In this document: positions 17,034-26,807 of the stretch, one piece after another
Position numbering within the stretch: position 1 is the first letter of the stretch
How the letters are laid out: each line of letters opens with the position of its first letter
DNA from: a virus
Length of the DNA stretch: 64,000 bases
Direction: 5' to 3' (one strand)
IMG/VR virus record: IMGVR_UViG_2788500526_000003
Span: 488 to 64,487 of that record
Translations under genes and position numbers: made by a program
The notes under the pieces: generated by a model
Databases searched by the model: none
The model's input: only the letters and a program-made list of their open reading frames with translations
Told to the model about the DNA's origin: nothing

Positions 17034-18758
17034 ATGCTAACCTTACGCGATTATCAACGCGCCGCGGTTGACGGCCTTTACGACTACTGGCGCGAACAAC
17101 CCGGCTCTCCTCTTATCGTATTGCCGACCGGCGGTGGCAAGAGCCTCGTGCTGGGTACGATCTGCAAGGAACTGATCGAAGGGTGGCCCGACATGCGCGT
17201 GCTTGTCGTGACGCATGTTCGCGAGCTCATTCTCTCGAACTATCAGGAGCTTTTGAACATCTGGCCGTTCGCGCCAGCTGGCATTTTTTCGGCTGGCGTA
17301 GGCCGGCGGGATGCGAAGGCGCAGATCGTTTTCGGCGGCGTGCAGACCATCGCAAACAAAGCCGACCAGATCGGGCATATCGACGTCGTTCTGGTCGATG
17401 AAGCACACCTCATGCCTCGCAATTCGGAAACGCAGTATGGCAAGCTGATCGAGGGCCTGCGCGCCATCAATCCAGACCTGAAGCTGGTCGGTCTCACGGC
17501 CACGCCTTATCGCTTGGGCGAGGGGCTTTTGACGGAAGGTGACGGCGCGCTTTTCGACGACATCTGCTTTGAAAAGCCGATCGGCGAGATGATCGAGGAA
17601 GGCTATCTGTGCCGTCCGATTTCAAAAGGCATGGCAACCGCCTTCGACCTGTCGGGCGTCGGCAAACAGGGCGGCGACTACAAGCAGAACGCGCTGCAAG
17701 CCGCTATCGACAAGGACGACATCACCGCTTCCGTGGTCGACGAGATCGTCACATACGGCACCGCATCGGGCGCTGAGCGTAAGGCTTGGCTTTGTTTCTG
17801 CAGCGGCGTTGAACATGCGCGACATATGCGAGACGAAATCCGCAGTCGCGGCTTTAGCTGCGAGACTGTGACCGGTGATACTCCGACCGGTGAACGCGAC
17901 CGCATTCTGGCTGACTTTAAGGCTGGCAAGATCCGCGCACTGACGAACAACTCGGTGCTGACCACAGGCACGAACTTGCCGATCATCGACTTGGTCGCAT
18001 TTTGTCGCCCTACCTTGTCAGCGGGCCTTTATGTCCAGATGGCAGGTCGTGGCCTGCGTCTTTATCCCGGTAAGGAGAACTGCCTGTTTCTGGACTTCGC
18101 TGGCGTCGTCCGCAAGCATGGGCCTATCGATGCGGTCACGCCACCCGGAATGAAGAAGGGCGACGGCGAGGCGCCAGTGAAGCAATGTCCGCAAGAGCCT
18201 GACGATCGTGGTCTAGTAGGCTGCGGCTCGCTGATCCATGCGTCGCTGCACACCTGCCCTGATTGCGGATACGAGTTCCCGGTCGATGAAACGCCGAAGA
18301 TATCTGCGCAGGCCGAAGACGTGCCGATGTTGTCGAAGGACAACGCCAGCACCCGCCAGGTGGAGCGCCGCACGTTCTCGTACCACGAAGGTAAGGGCGG
18401 CAAGCAGGACAGCGTGAAAGTATCCTATTGGGTTGGCATGTCGCCGATCAACGAATGGTTGGGGCCAGCTCATTCCGGCTTCTTTAAGTCGAAGTCAGAC
18501 AGGTGGTGGCGCAAGCACGGTGGTCAGGCACCGTTCCCGAAAACAGTGCTGGAATTCATGGAACGCCAGAACGAGCTGCTGCCTACGGGCGAAATCGTTG
18601 TGAAGCCGAACGGCAAATACTGGGAAGTGGTCGACACCGTGCCGGGCGCAGCAAATGACAACATGCCGGAGGCGAGCAACGACAATGTGCCGACGCCCAC
18701 CTACGCGCGTGTGTCTGCCGGGCTGGCTGACGTATTGGACGACGATATTCCGTTTTAG
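17034..18758 (+). CDS. SF2 DEAD/DEAH-type helicase with a zinc finger
   Basis: PTGGGKS, DEAH, TATP, QMAGRGLR, CPDCG. Confidence 0.9.
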   Translation: MLTLRDYQRAAVDGLYDYWREQPGSPLIVLPTGGGKSLVLGTICKELIEGWPDMRVLVVTHVRELILSNYQELLNIWPFAPAGIFSAGVGRRDAKAQIVFGGVQTIANKADQIGHIDVVLVDEAHLMPRNSETQYGKLIEGLRAINPDLKLVGLTATPYRLGEGLLTEGDGALFDDICFEKPIGEMIEEGYLCRPISKGMATAFDLSGVGKQGGDYKQNALQAAIDKDDITASVVDEIVTYGTASGAERKAWLCFCSGVEHARHMRDEIRSRGFSCETVTGDTPTGERDRILADFKAGKIRALTNNSVLTTGTNLPIIDLVAFCRPTLSAGLYVQMAGRGLRLYPGKENCLFLDFAGVVRKHGPIDAVTPPGMKKGDGEAPVKQCPQEPDDRGLVGCGSLIHASLHTCPDCGYEFPVDETPKISAQAEDVPMLSKDNASTRQVERRTFSYHEGKGGKQDSVKVSYWVGMSPINEWLGPAHSGFFKSKSDRWWRKHGGQAPFPKTVLEFMERQNELLPTGEIVVKPNGKYWEVVDTVPGAANDNMPEASNDNVPTPTYARVSAGLADVLDDDIPF

Positions 18759-18912
18759 GAAGTTCCGCATCGCGCGCTTGGGCGGGGGCTTGGGGACGCG
18801 CGATGCGAGTGCAATCCGGAGGAGTGCGCCGTCAAGATAGGGTTACATTAGAGATTGACGAAATAACAGAATGTAACGGTTGCCAACATTTGTCATTGCA
18901 ACCGCAACAAAT

Positions 18913-19032
18913 AGAAAAGCCCGCTTCGCGATTGGGAGGAGGAGCGAAGCGGGCCGATCTGAAAAGCGCGACTGGGAGGAGGAGTTGCCGCGCTTAAGGT
19001 CCAGTTTCTGGGAGGAGGAGTGAAACTGAACG
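18913..19032 (-). ncRNA. Cuckoo-family (CCUCCUCCC) small RNA, three hairpins
   Basis: Three hairpins each with CTCCTCCTCCCA in the loop; U-rich tail at the 18913 end; upstream CTTGCA-N17-CTATTT promoter (19067-19039). Confidence 0.75.
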
Positions 19033-19328
19033 AGGCGTAAATAGGTGCACCACCCGTGCGTTGCAAGGGTAGAAATTGCATAGCTGATATGCAGGGAAAA
19101 TAAAAAAACCGCCCGGCAGCGGACGGTGCGCGCCTGGGCGGTCTAACTCCCTCCCAAGAGTTGGGCGAATATACATAAACAAACGCCGTATGCAACAGTT
19201 AAAACCAAGTATTAATTACACTAAAACAGTGGGATTAAGTTTTATCAAAATAAACCAATCCATTAACGCGATGCGCTGTGAGGCGTGTTAACTTACCAAA
19301 ACCAACCACTGAAACACGAGGAGCAACA

Positions 19329-20069
19329 ATGACGGAGAATTACGACCCGTATAACCCGGCGCCTATTGGTCACAATAGACCGCCGCTTACTGCGTACGAG
19401 ACCATCAAACAGGAAATCGAAGACCTGTTCGATGAAGCGAAGAATTTCGCGGACGGCGAAGCGATCGACAGTCAGCAACTGGCCGACGCGATCACGGAAC
19501 TGCACGATAAGCTGCATGAGGCCGGCAAGCGCGCCGACGAGGCCCGCAAGGACGAGGCAAAGCCTCACGACGACGCCAAGGCTGAAATACAGACCCGCTA
19601 CAACAAACTGATCGGCAATACGAAGTCGGTAAAAGGCAAGGTCGTTCTGGGCAAAGAGACGTTGCAGACCTTGCTGACGCCATGGCGCAACAAGCTGGTC
19701 GCGGAGAAGGAAGCTGCCGCACGTGCTGCGCGTGAAGAGGCTGATCGCATCGCCCGAGAAGCACAGGAAGCTATGCGTGCCAGCGCAGGCAATCTCGAAG
19801 AACGCGAGAAAGCCGAAGAACTGCTTTCCGAGGCGAAGAAAGCCGACCGATGGGCTAAGCGCGAAGATCGGTCAGCAACCACGGGCACGGGTTTGCGCAC
19901 GATCTGGCACTGCAAGCTTGAAGATGAAGGCAAGGCTTTGGATTGGGCTTATGGCCGCGCGCCAGAGCGCTTCAAGGAACTGGTGCAGACCATGGCCGAA
20001 GAAACCGTGCGCGCCGGTATGCGTCAGGTGCCGGGGTTCAAAGTTTGGGATGAGCGGGTGGCAAGGTGA
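19329..20069 (+). CDS. Coiled-coil hypothetical phage protein
   Basis: AACACGAGGAG RBS at 19313-19323; IGHNRPP N-terminus. Confidence 0.7.
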   Translation: MTENYDPYNPAPIGHNRPPLTAYETIKQEIEDLFDEAKNFADGEAIDSQQLADAITELHDKLHEAGKRADEARKDEAKPHDDAKAEIQTRYNKLIGNTKSVKGKVVLGKETLQTLLTPWRNKLVAEKEAAARAAREEADRIAREAQEAMRASAGNLEEREKAEELLSEAKKADRWAKREDRSATTGTGLRTIWHCKLEDEGKALDWAYGRAPERFKELVQTMAEETVRAGMRQVPGFKVWDERVAR

Positions 20070-20251
20070 TGGCGAAGCTAGACCCGGCGGATTATGTGCC
20101 GCGCATCAAACGCTTGCGTGAGCAAGGATTGGGGCTGGACGAAGCAAGGAAACAGGTGAACCGCGAATACCTTCTGAATGCCATCGACGAAGCACGCAAC
20201 TTCTATGAACTGCGCGGGGTTATGCGCGCCTGTATGGAGAAGGTGTTGTGA
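20069..20251 (+). CDS. Hypothetical protein
   Basis: TGATG coupling. Confidence 0.55.
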   Translation: MAKLDPADYVPRIKRLREQGLGLDEARKQVNREYLLNAIDEARNFYELRGVMRACMEKVL

Positions 20252-20378
20252 CGGTGTGCCCAAAGTGCGGATATGCCAGTGGCGATGACTGGTCGCAGTG
20301 TATCGGCGGGTGCCCGATGGTCGCATCACCGTATTACGACGAGTACTTTGTCGATGACTACAAAGCTAACGTCGCCAC

Positions 20379-21137
20379 CTACGACGACTGGTTTCCGGAT
20401 TCAGCATCCCAATCAAAAAGAGAATAGTATCCGATCAATTGCTCGGGAGCTAATTTCCTCCGCTTAAGTTGCTGAACGAGATGCCCAGCGGGTACTCTTT
20501 CTTCGCCAACGGGGAATGTTCCGTCTGGTTTCAACCTTTTTTCGACCTCAAGAAGCAATTGGATCATTAATAAGCATTGTACCGTTGTGTGTGATCTTTT
20601 CGGATGGTCAACTTTTCTAAGATCTGGAGTGCAGAGCTTATTAAAGTCCCTATAAACGGCAGATACCAATGATCCTAGTGATGGGCTCACATAGTGCAAT
20701 TGATGTAAGTGGGCAGAAAGGTGTTTAAAAACATCTTCAGGCTGTATTCTTGTAGCTGGGTCTAGGTAAGAAAATGAATCGTATTTTGTGTTTGTAATAT
20801 TAAGCACAGCATCGCGAAATTCGTCATGGATAAGTGAGCACGCTATCGATGATGCTCTGCGTTGTGATCGGTTAATCTCGTTCCTGGATTCCTGAGAGTT
20901 AAGTTTAGCTCCAAATAGTACAAACGCCCCACCCGCAATTGCAGCGAAACCAGCCAAAAGAGTTTGAAAGTCGTAAAGCCACCGAAGGAGAACAAAATTT
21001 CTAACCCAATTCCAATAAACGGTTGTGCACTCGGCACTTAAAAACATTCCGCAATCACTTTCGGTTTGCCACGCGATAAACGCGAGTAACACCCATACGG
21101 CACCAATACCTATCGCCCAAGATTTCCACTTTTCCAT
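20379..21137 (-). CDS. Low-GC membrane-anchored moron protein
   Basis: AT-rich 252-aa ORF antisense to the operon; two N-terminal hydrophobic segments. Confidence 0.7.
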   Translation of the reverse strand: MEKWKSWAIGIGAVWVLLAFIAWQTESDCGMFLSAECTTVYWNWVRNFVLLRWLYDFQTLLAGFAAIAGGAFVLFGAKLNSQESRNEINRSQRRASSIACSLIHDEFRDAVLNITNTKYDSFSYLDPATRIQPEDVFKHLSAHLHQLHYVSPSLGSLVSAVYRDFNKLCTPDLRKVDHPKRSHTTVQCLLMIQLLLEVEKRLKPDGTFPVGEERVPAGHLVQQLKRRKLAPEQLIGYYSLFDWDAESGNQSS

Positions 21138-21230
21138 AGAGGCCCCACGCCAAAGAAGAATCGCTAGTCAAATATAACCAACACCCCGCCAGCCACCAAC
21201 TGGCGGGTTACCACCACGAAACACGAGGAG

Positions 21231-21809
21231 ATGAGGATGATTGAACCGCTACCGAGCGGGCCTTTTGGCTGCGTCCTTGCGGACCCGCCATGGGCATTCA
21301 GAACCTACAGCAAAAAGAATGTCGCACCCGCTCGAGGTCGCCAGCCTTACAGCGTGATGTCGCTCGACGACATCAAGGCGCTACCTGTCGAACAGGTATG
21401 CGCCCGCGACTGTTTGCTGTTCATGTGGACCGTTTCACATCTGCAGCGTGAAGCCTTCGATGTGGCTGCATCGTGGGGATTCCGTCCTGTCAGTGTGGCC
21501 TTTGTCTGGGACAAGGGGCGCATGGGAATGGGCTATTGGACACGACAGGAAGTTGAAATCTGCCACCTGTTCAAGCGAGGCAAGCCGCGACGTCAGAGCA
21601 AAGGCGTGCGCTCGCTGATCAAGGCACCCCGTCGTGAGCATAGCCGCAAGCCTGATGAACAGTATGAGCGCATCGAGCGGCTTGTCGACGGTCCGTACCT
21701 TGAGCTGTTCGCACGCCAAGCGTGGCCGGGGTGGTCATCTTGGGGCAACGAGGCGGGCAAGTATGTAGCGGCCAACGACAACCAAGATTTGCTGGGGAGG
21801 GTGGCTTAA
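21231..21809 (+). CDS. MT-A70-family adenine methyltransferase
   Basis: VLADPPW, LFMW, HSRKP, YLELFAR. Confidence 0.88.
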   Translation: MRMIEPLPSGPFGCVLADPPWAFRTYSKKNVAPARGRQPYSVMSLDDIKALPVEQVCARDCLLFMWTVSHLQREAFDVAASWGFRPVSVAFVWDKGRMGMGYWTRQEVEICHLFKRGKPRRQSKGVRSLIKAPRREHSRKPDEQYERIERLVDGPYLELFARQAWPGWSSWGNEAGKYVAANDNQDLLGRVA

Positions 21810-22624
21810 TGGCTAAGCTCACAAGGGCGCAGGCTCAGGCCCATGCTCAAGCAGTCGCCATCCTACAGCAAGAACGGTTGTCAGAAGACGATAAGGAATT
21901 TGTCTACAGGAACTGGAACGAAGGCGCGAACCATGTGAATGGCGCTGCTGGCGCTTTCTTCACGCCCTTCGACATGGCGTTTGATTTTGCGTTAGACGCC
22001 AGCGGCGGTCGTATCATCGACCTCTGCGCCGGGATTGGAATGCTGTCTTATGCTATTTGGCAGCGCAGCCGTTTCAACGACAGCAGGCCACAAATCACCT
22101 GTGTTGAGCGTAATGCCGATTATCTGGATGTCGGGAAGAAACTGCTGCCAGAAGCAGAGTGGATTCACGCTGACGTGTTTGACGTTCTGGATATGGGGCT
22201 GGGGCACTTCGACAGTGCGATTAGCAATCCTCCGTTCGGCAATATCAAGCGGAGCAAAAATTCCCCGAGATACAGCGGTAAGGACTTCGAATTCCACGTA
22301 ATTGATATTGCGTCACATCTGGCGGACTACGGCACGTTCATCGTTCCCCAAATGTCGGCAGGCTTCAACTATTCCGGACGACAGAGCTATGAGCGCCAGA
22401 CCAGTGGCAAGGCCGTAAAGTTTCAGGAGCAGACTGGACTGCATTTCGATGCAGGCTGCGGTGTCGATACCGCCTATTTCATCGATCAATGGAAAGGCGT
22501 CTCTCCAATGTGCGAGATCGTTTGCGTTGACTTTACAGAAGCGCGCCCTGTTGCCGCGAAAGCGCAACCGGCGAACGACAACCAACTGCCCGTGCAGGCC
22601 AGCCTATTCGGAGACGCCGCATGA
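21809..22624 (+). CDS. N6-adenine-type DNA methyltransferase
   Basis: IIDLCAGIG (motif I), ISNPPFG (motif IV); TAATG coupling. Confidence 0.82.
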   Translation: MAKLTRAQAQAHAQAVAILQQERLSEDDKEFVYRNWNEGANHVNGAAGAFFTPFDMAFDFALDASGGRIIDLCAGIGMLSYAIWQRSRFNDSRPQITCVERNADYLDVGKKLLPEAEWIHADVFDVLDMGLGHFDSAISNPPFGNIKRSKNSPRYSGKDFEFHVIDIASHLADYGTFIVPQMSAGFNYSGRQSYERQTSGKAVKFQEQTGLHFDAGCGVDTAYFIDQWKGVSPMCEIVCVDFTEARPVAAKAQPANDNQLPVQASLFGDAA

Positions 22625-22938
22625 GCCATCCCGAACAATGCTGGGTTTGCCAGAGACACGCCACCGGCCTCGGCGTGCAGGCGGACCGCGAGCCTATCCG
22701 CTGGCTGTGCAAGGAATGCGCCGACATTGCCGAGCATATCCGACATCGGCGGCGATTGGACCCTTACGAGCTGCGTGCGCTTGATACGGGCGTGGAGGCG
22801 GTCGGGGAGTACTTGCAGGAATTGGGAAAGACCGACCTTAAAGAAATGGACGAGCTCGAGGCACGCATGCTCGTGAAAGCTGCATGGGAAGGCTGCGGGC
22901 GAGGGATGCGTGCGGCTTTAAGCGAAGCTCCATTCTGA
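22621..22938 (+). CDS. Hypothetical protein (DUF6511-like)
   Basis: CWVC...CKEC; ATGA coupling. Confidence 0.65.
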   Translation: MSHPEQCWVCQRHATGLGVQADREPIRWLCKECADIAEHIRHRRRLDPYELRALDTGVEAVGEYLQELGKTDLKEMDELEARMLVKAAWEGCGRGMRAALSEAPF

Positions 22939-22945
22939 GGCCGCC

Positions 22946-24013
22946 ATGACAGCTTATTACAACGAGTTTGACCCCAAAGCGGCGGCTTGGTTGCGCGAGC
23001 TAATCAAGGCTGGCCACATCGCACCGGGAGATGTTGATGAGCGTTCAATTGTCGATATTCGACCTTCCGACCTTATCGGATACACACAGTGCCACTTCTT
23101 CGCCGGGATCGGCGTCTGGTCCTACGCGCTCCGCCGAGCAGGATGGCCAGATGATCGCCCAGTCTGGACCGGATCCTGCCCATGCCAGCCTTTCAGCGCG
23201 GCAGGCAAAGGAGCAGGGTTTACTGACGAGCGGCACCTTTGGCCGCACTTCCACTGGCTTATTGAAAACTGCCGCCCTCCAGTCGTCTTTGGCGAGCAGG
23301 TTGCGAGCAAGGACGGACTTGGCTGGCTCGACCTTGTACAAGCTGACCTGGAAGGATCGGGCTACGCCAGCGGGGCGGTCGATACCTGCGCTGCGGGCTT
23401 CGGCGCGCCGCATATCCGACAGCGGCTCTATTGGGTTGGAAAAAGGCTGGACGACGCCGCAAGCCCACGACACGACGGGTCGGTCGAAGAACCAGAAGGA
23501 AATTCACGGCACGAAACACGGCTGCGCGTGTCTGGTGCGGGAAGCCGACTTGGCGGGTTGGCCGACACCGACAACGCGGGATCACAAGGACGGCGCGGAA
23601 TGCCAGAACGTGCCGTTGAATGCGCTGTTGGGCCGGGTAGCCTGGCTAACGGGGTGGCCGACGCCGATGGCCGGAACCCCAGCGCAGAACGGCAACAACG
23701 CAGCTGGAAACAACGACAGCAGCCGCAAGACAGTGGAATATTGCATCACGAAGCGCCCCGCCCGACTAACTGCTTCTGGCGAGATGTTGACTGGCTCTTC
23801 TGCCGGGATGGAAAGTGGCGGCCAGTTGAACCCGGCACATTCCCGCTGGCTCATGGGGCTGCCGCCCGAGTGGGACGACTGCGCGGTTACGGCAATGCAA
23901 TCGTTGCGCCCGCAGCGCAAGCGTTCATCAAAGCATACCTAGAGTCCGAGCTCGCGGCTGTGCATGCAAAAACCGCCGCCAACGACAATACGTCAAAAAA
24001 GATGGCCGCTTAG
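22946..24013 (+). CDS. C5-cytosine DNA methyltransferase, large (alpha) chain
   Basis: FFAGIG (I), GSCPCQPFS (IV), FGEQV (VI), RQRLYWVG (VIII), LRGYGNAIV (X). Confidence 0.88.
   Translation: MTAYYNEFDPKAAAWLRELIKAGHIAPGDVDERSIVDIRPSDLIGYTQCHFFAGIGVWSYALRRAGWPDDRPVWTGSCPCQPFSAAGKGAGFTDERHLWPHFHWLIENCRPPVVFGEQVASKDGLGWLDLVQADLEGSGYASGAVDTCAAGFGAPHIRQRLYWVGKRLDDAASPRHDGSVEEPEGNSRHETRLRVSGAGSRLGGLADTDNAGSQGRRGMPERAVECAVGPGSLANGVADADGRNPSAERQQRSWKQRQQPQDSGILHHEAPRPTNCFWRDVDWLFCRDGKWRPVEPGTFPLAHGAAARVGRLRGYGNAIVAPAAQAFIKAYLESELAAVHAKTAANDNTSKKMAA
23031..23942 (+). CDS. Nested alternative-frame ORF, probable second (beta) chain of the C5 methyltransferase
   Basis: 303 aa open in the +1 frame; repeated GW(P/T)TP; [15 protein letters not shown] resembles motif IX. 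Confidence 0.65.
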   Translation: MLMSVQLSIFDLPTLSDTHSATSSPGSASGPTRSAEQDGQMIAQSGPDPAHASLSARQAKEQGLLTSGTFGRTSTGLLKTAALQSSLASRLRARTDLAGSTLYKLTWKDRATPAGRSIPALRASARRISDSGSIGLEKGWTTPQAHDTTGRSKNQKEIHGTKHGCACLVREADLAGWPTPTTRDHKDGAECQNVPLNALLGRVAWLTGWPTPMAGTPAQNGNNAAGNNDSSRKTVEYCITKRPARLTASGEMLTGSSAGMESGGQLNPAHSRWLMGLPPEWDDCAVTAMQSLRPQRKRSSKHT

Positions 24014-24023
24014 CCGGTCATCT

Positions 24024-24221
24024 CTACATCTGTCGTCCGTCTCGCAACTGTTGTTCGCGCTCATGTTCGACGCGATCGAGTATCGCAAAAGCTTGCTGGG
24101 CAACGTCTTCCGTCAACGCAATTTGTAACCGGCCCTTGAATGTTATCGGCCGCCGCGTGGACTTCGCCACAATGGACCACGTGCCATCACCGCTTTGAAG
24201 CATATCGTAGTCTTTACACAT
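24024..24221 (-). CDS. 65-aa hypothetical protein
   Basis: GGGAGG RBS before MCKDYDML; fills the intergenic gap. Confidence 0.5.
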   Translation of the reverse strand: MCKDYDMLQSGDGTWSIVAKSTRRPITFKGRLQIALTEDVAQQAFAILDRVEHEREQQLRDGRQM

Positions 24222-24243
24222 CTCTTGCCCTCCCGAGGTAATC

Positions 24244-26412
24244 ATGCAGCAATCTGTATTACCGGATACCGACCCCATGCTCGACGTCGCCCTGTCCTAC
24301 ACGGCGCGTAACTGGCCTGTATTTCCATGCCGTGCCGCCGATGAGGAATTCGTCGACGAGGACGGCCTTATCGAAATCCTCGCGACTAAAACTCCGCTGA
24401 CCTCAAACGGGTTCCGCGGGGCGACAATGAACGAGCGTATTGTGCGTGAGCTTTGGCGTCGCAATCCCGGTGCAATGGTCGGCGTGCCGACCGGGGCGCC
24501 TATCGGGGCGTGGGTGCTGGATATCGATCCGAAGCACGGCGGGCCAGACACGCTCGCGGCATTGGAAGCCGAGCACGGCGCATTGCCCGCGACGCTTACC
24601 GCTGAAACCACCAGCGGAGGTCGGCATTACTTCTTCATGCACAAGGCTGGCGTGCGCAATCGTGGCGCGTTGGGCGCTGGGATCGATGTTCGTGGCGACG
24701 GCGGGTATGTCATCGCGGCTGGCAGTGTGCCTGCTGTTGGCCAGCCTTACCGCTGGCTGGTCGATATGGAGCCGGTAGACGCTCCGGATTGGCTGCTGGA
24801 GCTCGTTCTGCCGCGCTCATACGACAGCACGACAACATACCAGGCGCCGTCTGTCTCCGGCACGATTAACGACCGCTATGTCGAGCGCGCGGTGCAATCT
24901 GAGCTGGACGACCTCGCCATGGAGCCGATGGGCAACCGCAACAACCGCTTGAACGACGCTGCGTTTCGACTGGGAACGTTTGTAGGTGCTGGCGCCTTGT
25001 CGGAATCCGAGGCGCGGGCCTTGCTACAAGACGTGGCACGTGGTTGGGGCAGGGACTTCCCGCGTTGCTGCAAAACGATCGACAACGGGCTAAAGGCTGG
25101 CAAGATGCATCCGCGTCAGGCGCCGGAAGCTGTCAATGACAATACCAAGCTCGTGGACATCACGCGCATGCTCGACAATGCACGGGCGAAGGTGGATGAA
25201 CAGCGGGAACCCGAAGCGCATAACGACGAGCCAGAGGCGTCGCCGGAAATAGAAGACGAGCCCACCGAGCAACCCATCCTCGCAGCCACGCCGTTCCAGT
25301 GGAAAGACCCGTCGACACTGCCCCGCCGCGAGTTTGCTTTCGGTCGGCATTTCATCCGCAAGTACGTCTCGGTTACTGTTGCGCCTGGCGGCCTTGGCAA
25401 AACTGCAAACAGCATCGTGGAAGCGCTGGCCATGGCGTCGGGTAAGGCGCTTAATGGCGTGAAGCCGCCGCGTCGACTTAAGGTCTGGCTGTTCAACGTC
25501 GAAGATCCGCGCGACGAGCTTGAGCGGCGCATCATGGCGGCCTGCATTCACTTCAATCTCAAGCCCCAAGATATCGACGGGCATCTGTTCCTCGACAGCG
25601 GCCGCGAGCAGGAGCTTGTCGTGGCGATCGATGACAAGAAGGGCGTCAAAATCCAGGAGCCGATCGTTGAGGCAGTTGCCGAAACCATCCTTGCCAATGG
25701 CATTGACGTGATGATCGTCGATCCATTTGTTTCGACGCACCAGGTCAACGAAAACGACAACGGCGCAATCGACAAGGTCGCGAAGCTCTGGGCGCAGATC
25801 GCGGATTACACCAATTGCTCGATCGACATCGTGCACCACCTGCGAAAGGTGAGCGACCGCGAAGCAACAGTCGAAGACGCACGTGGCGCTGTGGCGTTGA
25901 TTGGTGCAGCGCGTTCGGTGCGCGTGCTTAATCGTATGTCAGAAGGGCAAGCCAATGAGGCAGGCATTCCCGGCATGGATCGGTTCGGCTACTTCTCGAT
26001 CACATATGGCAAGTCCAACCTTACGCCGCTGTCGCACCGGCTGGACTGGCGCCATATCGAAAGCGTGGCGCTGGGTAACGGGCGAGGGTTAACGCAGCCG
26101 CAGGACCATGCGCCGGTCGTCACCGAATGGCATTGGCCGTCCAGCGAGGAAGTGGCTGAAGGACTGACGGATGAACAGCGAGAAGCCATCCGCGGTGCTG
26201 TAAACGGCGGCATGTACAAGCAGGCGGCAAACGCCAAGGACTGGGTTGGGCTGGCAATTGCCTATGCCGTAGGGCTGGACGCCGACGACGATGCACAGCG
26301 GAAGAAAGCCGGCATGATAACCAAGGCGCTTTTCAAGGAAGGTTTCTTGTCAAAAGTGGAAGAGCGAGACCCGATCCAGCGTCGCATGACGACGTTTGTT
26401 AGGGCGGTTTAG
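24244..26412 (+). CDS. Bifunctional primase-polymerase fused to an AAA_25/RepA-like helicase
   Basis: WVLDIDPKHGG, TTSGGRHYFF, IDVRGDGGYV; APGGLGKT, MIVDPF, VHHLRK. Confidence 0.88.
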   Translation: MQQSVLPDTDPMLDVALSYTARNWPVFPCRAADEEFVDEDGLIEILATKTPLTSNGFRGATMNERIVRELWRRNPGAMVGVPTGAPIGAWVLDIDPKHGGPDTLAALEAEHGALPATLTAETTSGGRHYFFMHKAGVRNRGALGAGIDVRGDGGYVIAAGSVPAVGQPYRWLVDMEPVDAPDWLLELVLPRSYDSTTTYQAPSVSGTINDRYVERAVQSELDDLAMEPMGNRNNRLNDAAFRLGTFVGAGALSESEARALLQDVARGWGRDFPRCCKTIDNGLKAGKMHPRQAPEAVNDNTKLVDITRMLDNARAKVDEQREPEAHNDEPEASPEIEDEPTEQPILAATPFQWKDPSTLPRREFAFGRHFIRKYVSVTVAPGGLGKTANSIVEALAMASGKALNGVKPPRRLKVWLFNVEDPRDELERRIMAACIHFNLKPQDIDGHLFLDSGREQELVVAIDDKKGVKIQEPIVEAVAETILANGIDVMIVDPFVSTHQVNENDNGAIDKVAKLWAQIADYTNCSIDIVHHLRKVSDREATVEDARGAVALIGAARSVRVLNRMSEGQANEAGIPGMDRFGYFSITYGKSNLTPLSHRLDWRHIESVALGNGRGLTQPQDHAPVVTEWHWPSSEEVAEGLTDEQREAIRGAVNGGMYKQAANAKDWVGLAIAYAVGLDADDDAQRKKAGMITKALFKEGFLSKVEERDPIQRRMTTFVRAV

Positions 26413-26807
26413 GTGTAGCGAAAGAAAGTTTCCCACAGATTCGTTGCGGGACACGATCCTTTATGAACGGCAACTAAAATCTTTTTTGCCTGAGCCCAGA
26501 CTGTGAATCAGTGTGATTCATGTAGTGTTTCCGGGCATATAAACGTTAACATTAGATTTAGTGTTTGCGCTCAAGCTTCGTGGATAAGTAGAAATGTGGT
26601 GGACGCTCGCGTCCGAGTCGTTTTCTATTTTATTTGGACGATTCAAACGTCAGAAGAGGAGAAGGCTGAAACACTTGCAGGTGCTTCAGCCTTGAAAAAA
26701 CGGAGTTGGTTAAGACACTCCCCTTAACAGCGCCCATTTTAGGCTTGGGCGTGGATAGTGTCTAGCCAATTTCTTCAACAACCTAAGTTATTGAAAGGCT
26801 AGCATTT

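Noticed and set aside
18994-19195. ORFs 18893-19195 and 18994-19182
   Set aside because: They overlap the cuckoo sRNA, its promoter and a terminator-like hairpin, and lack coding features.
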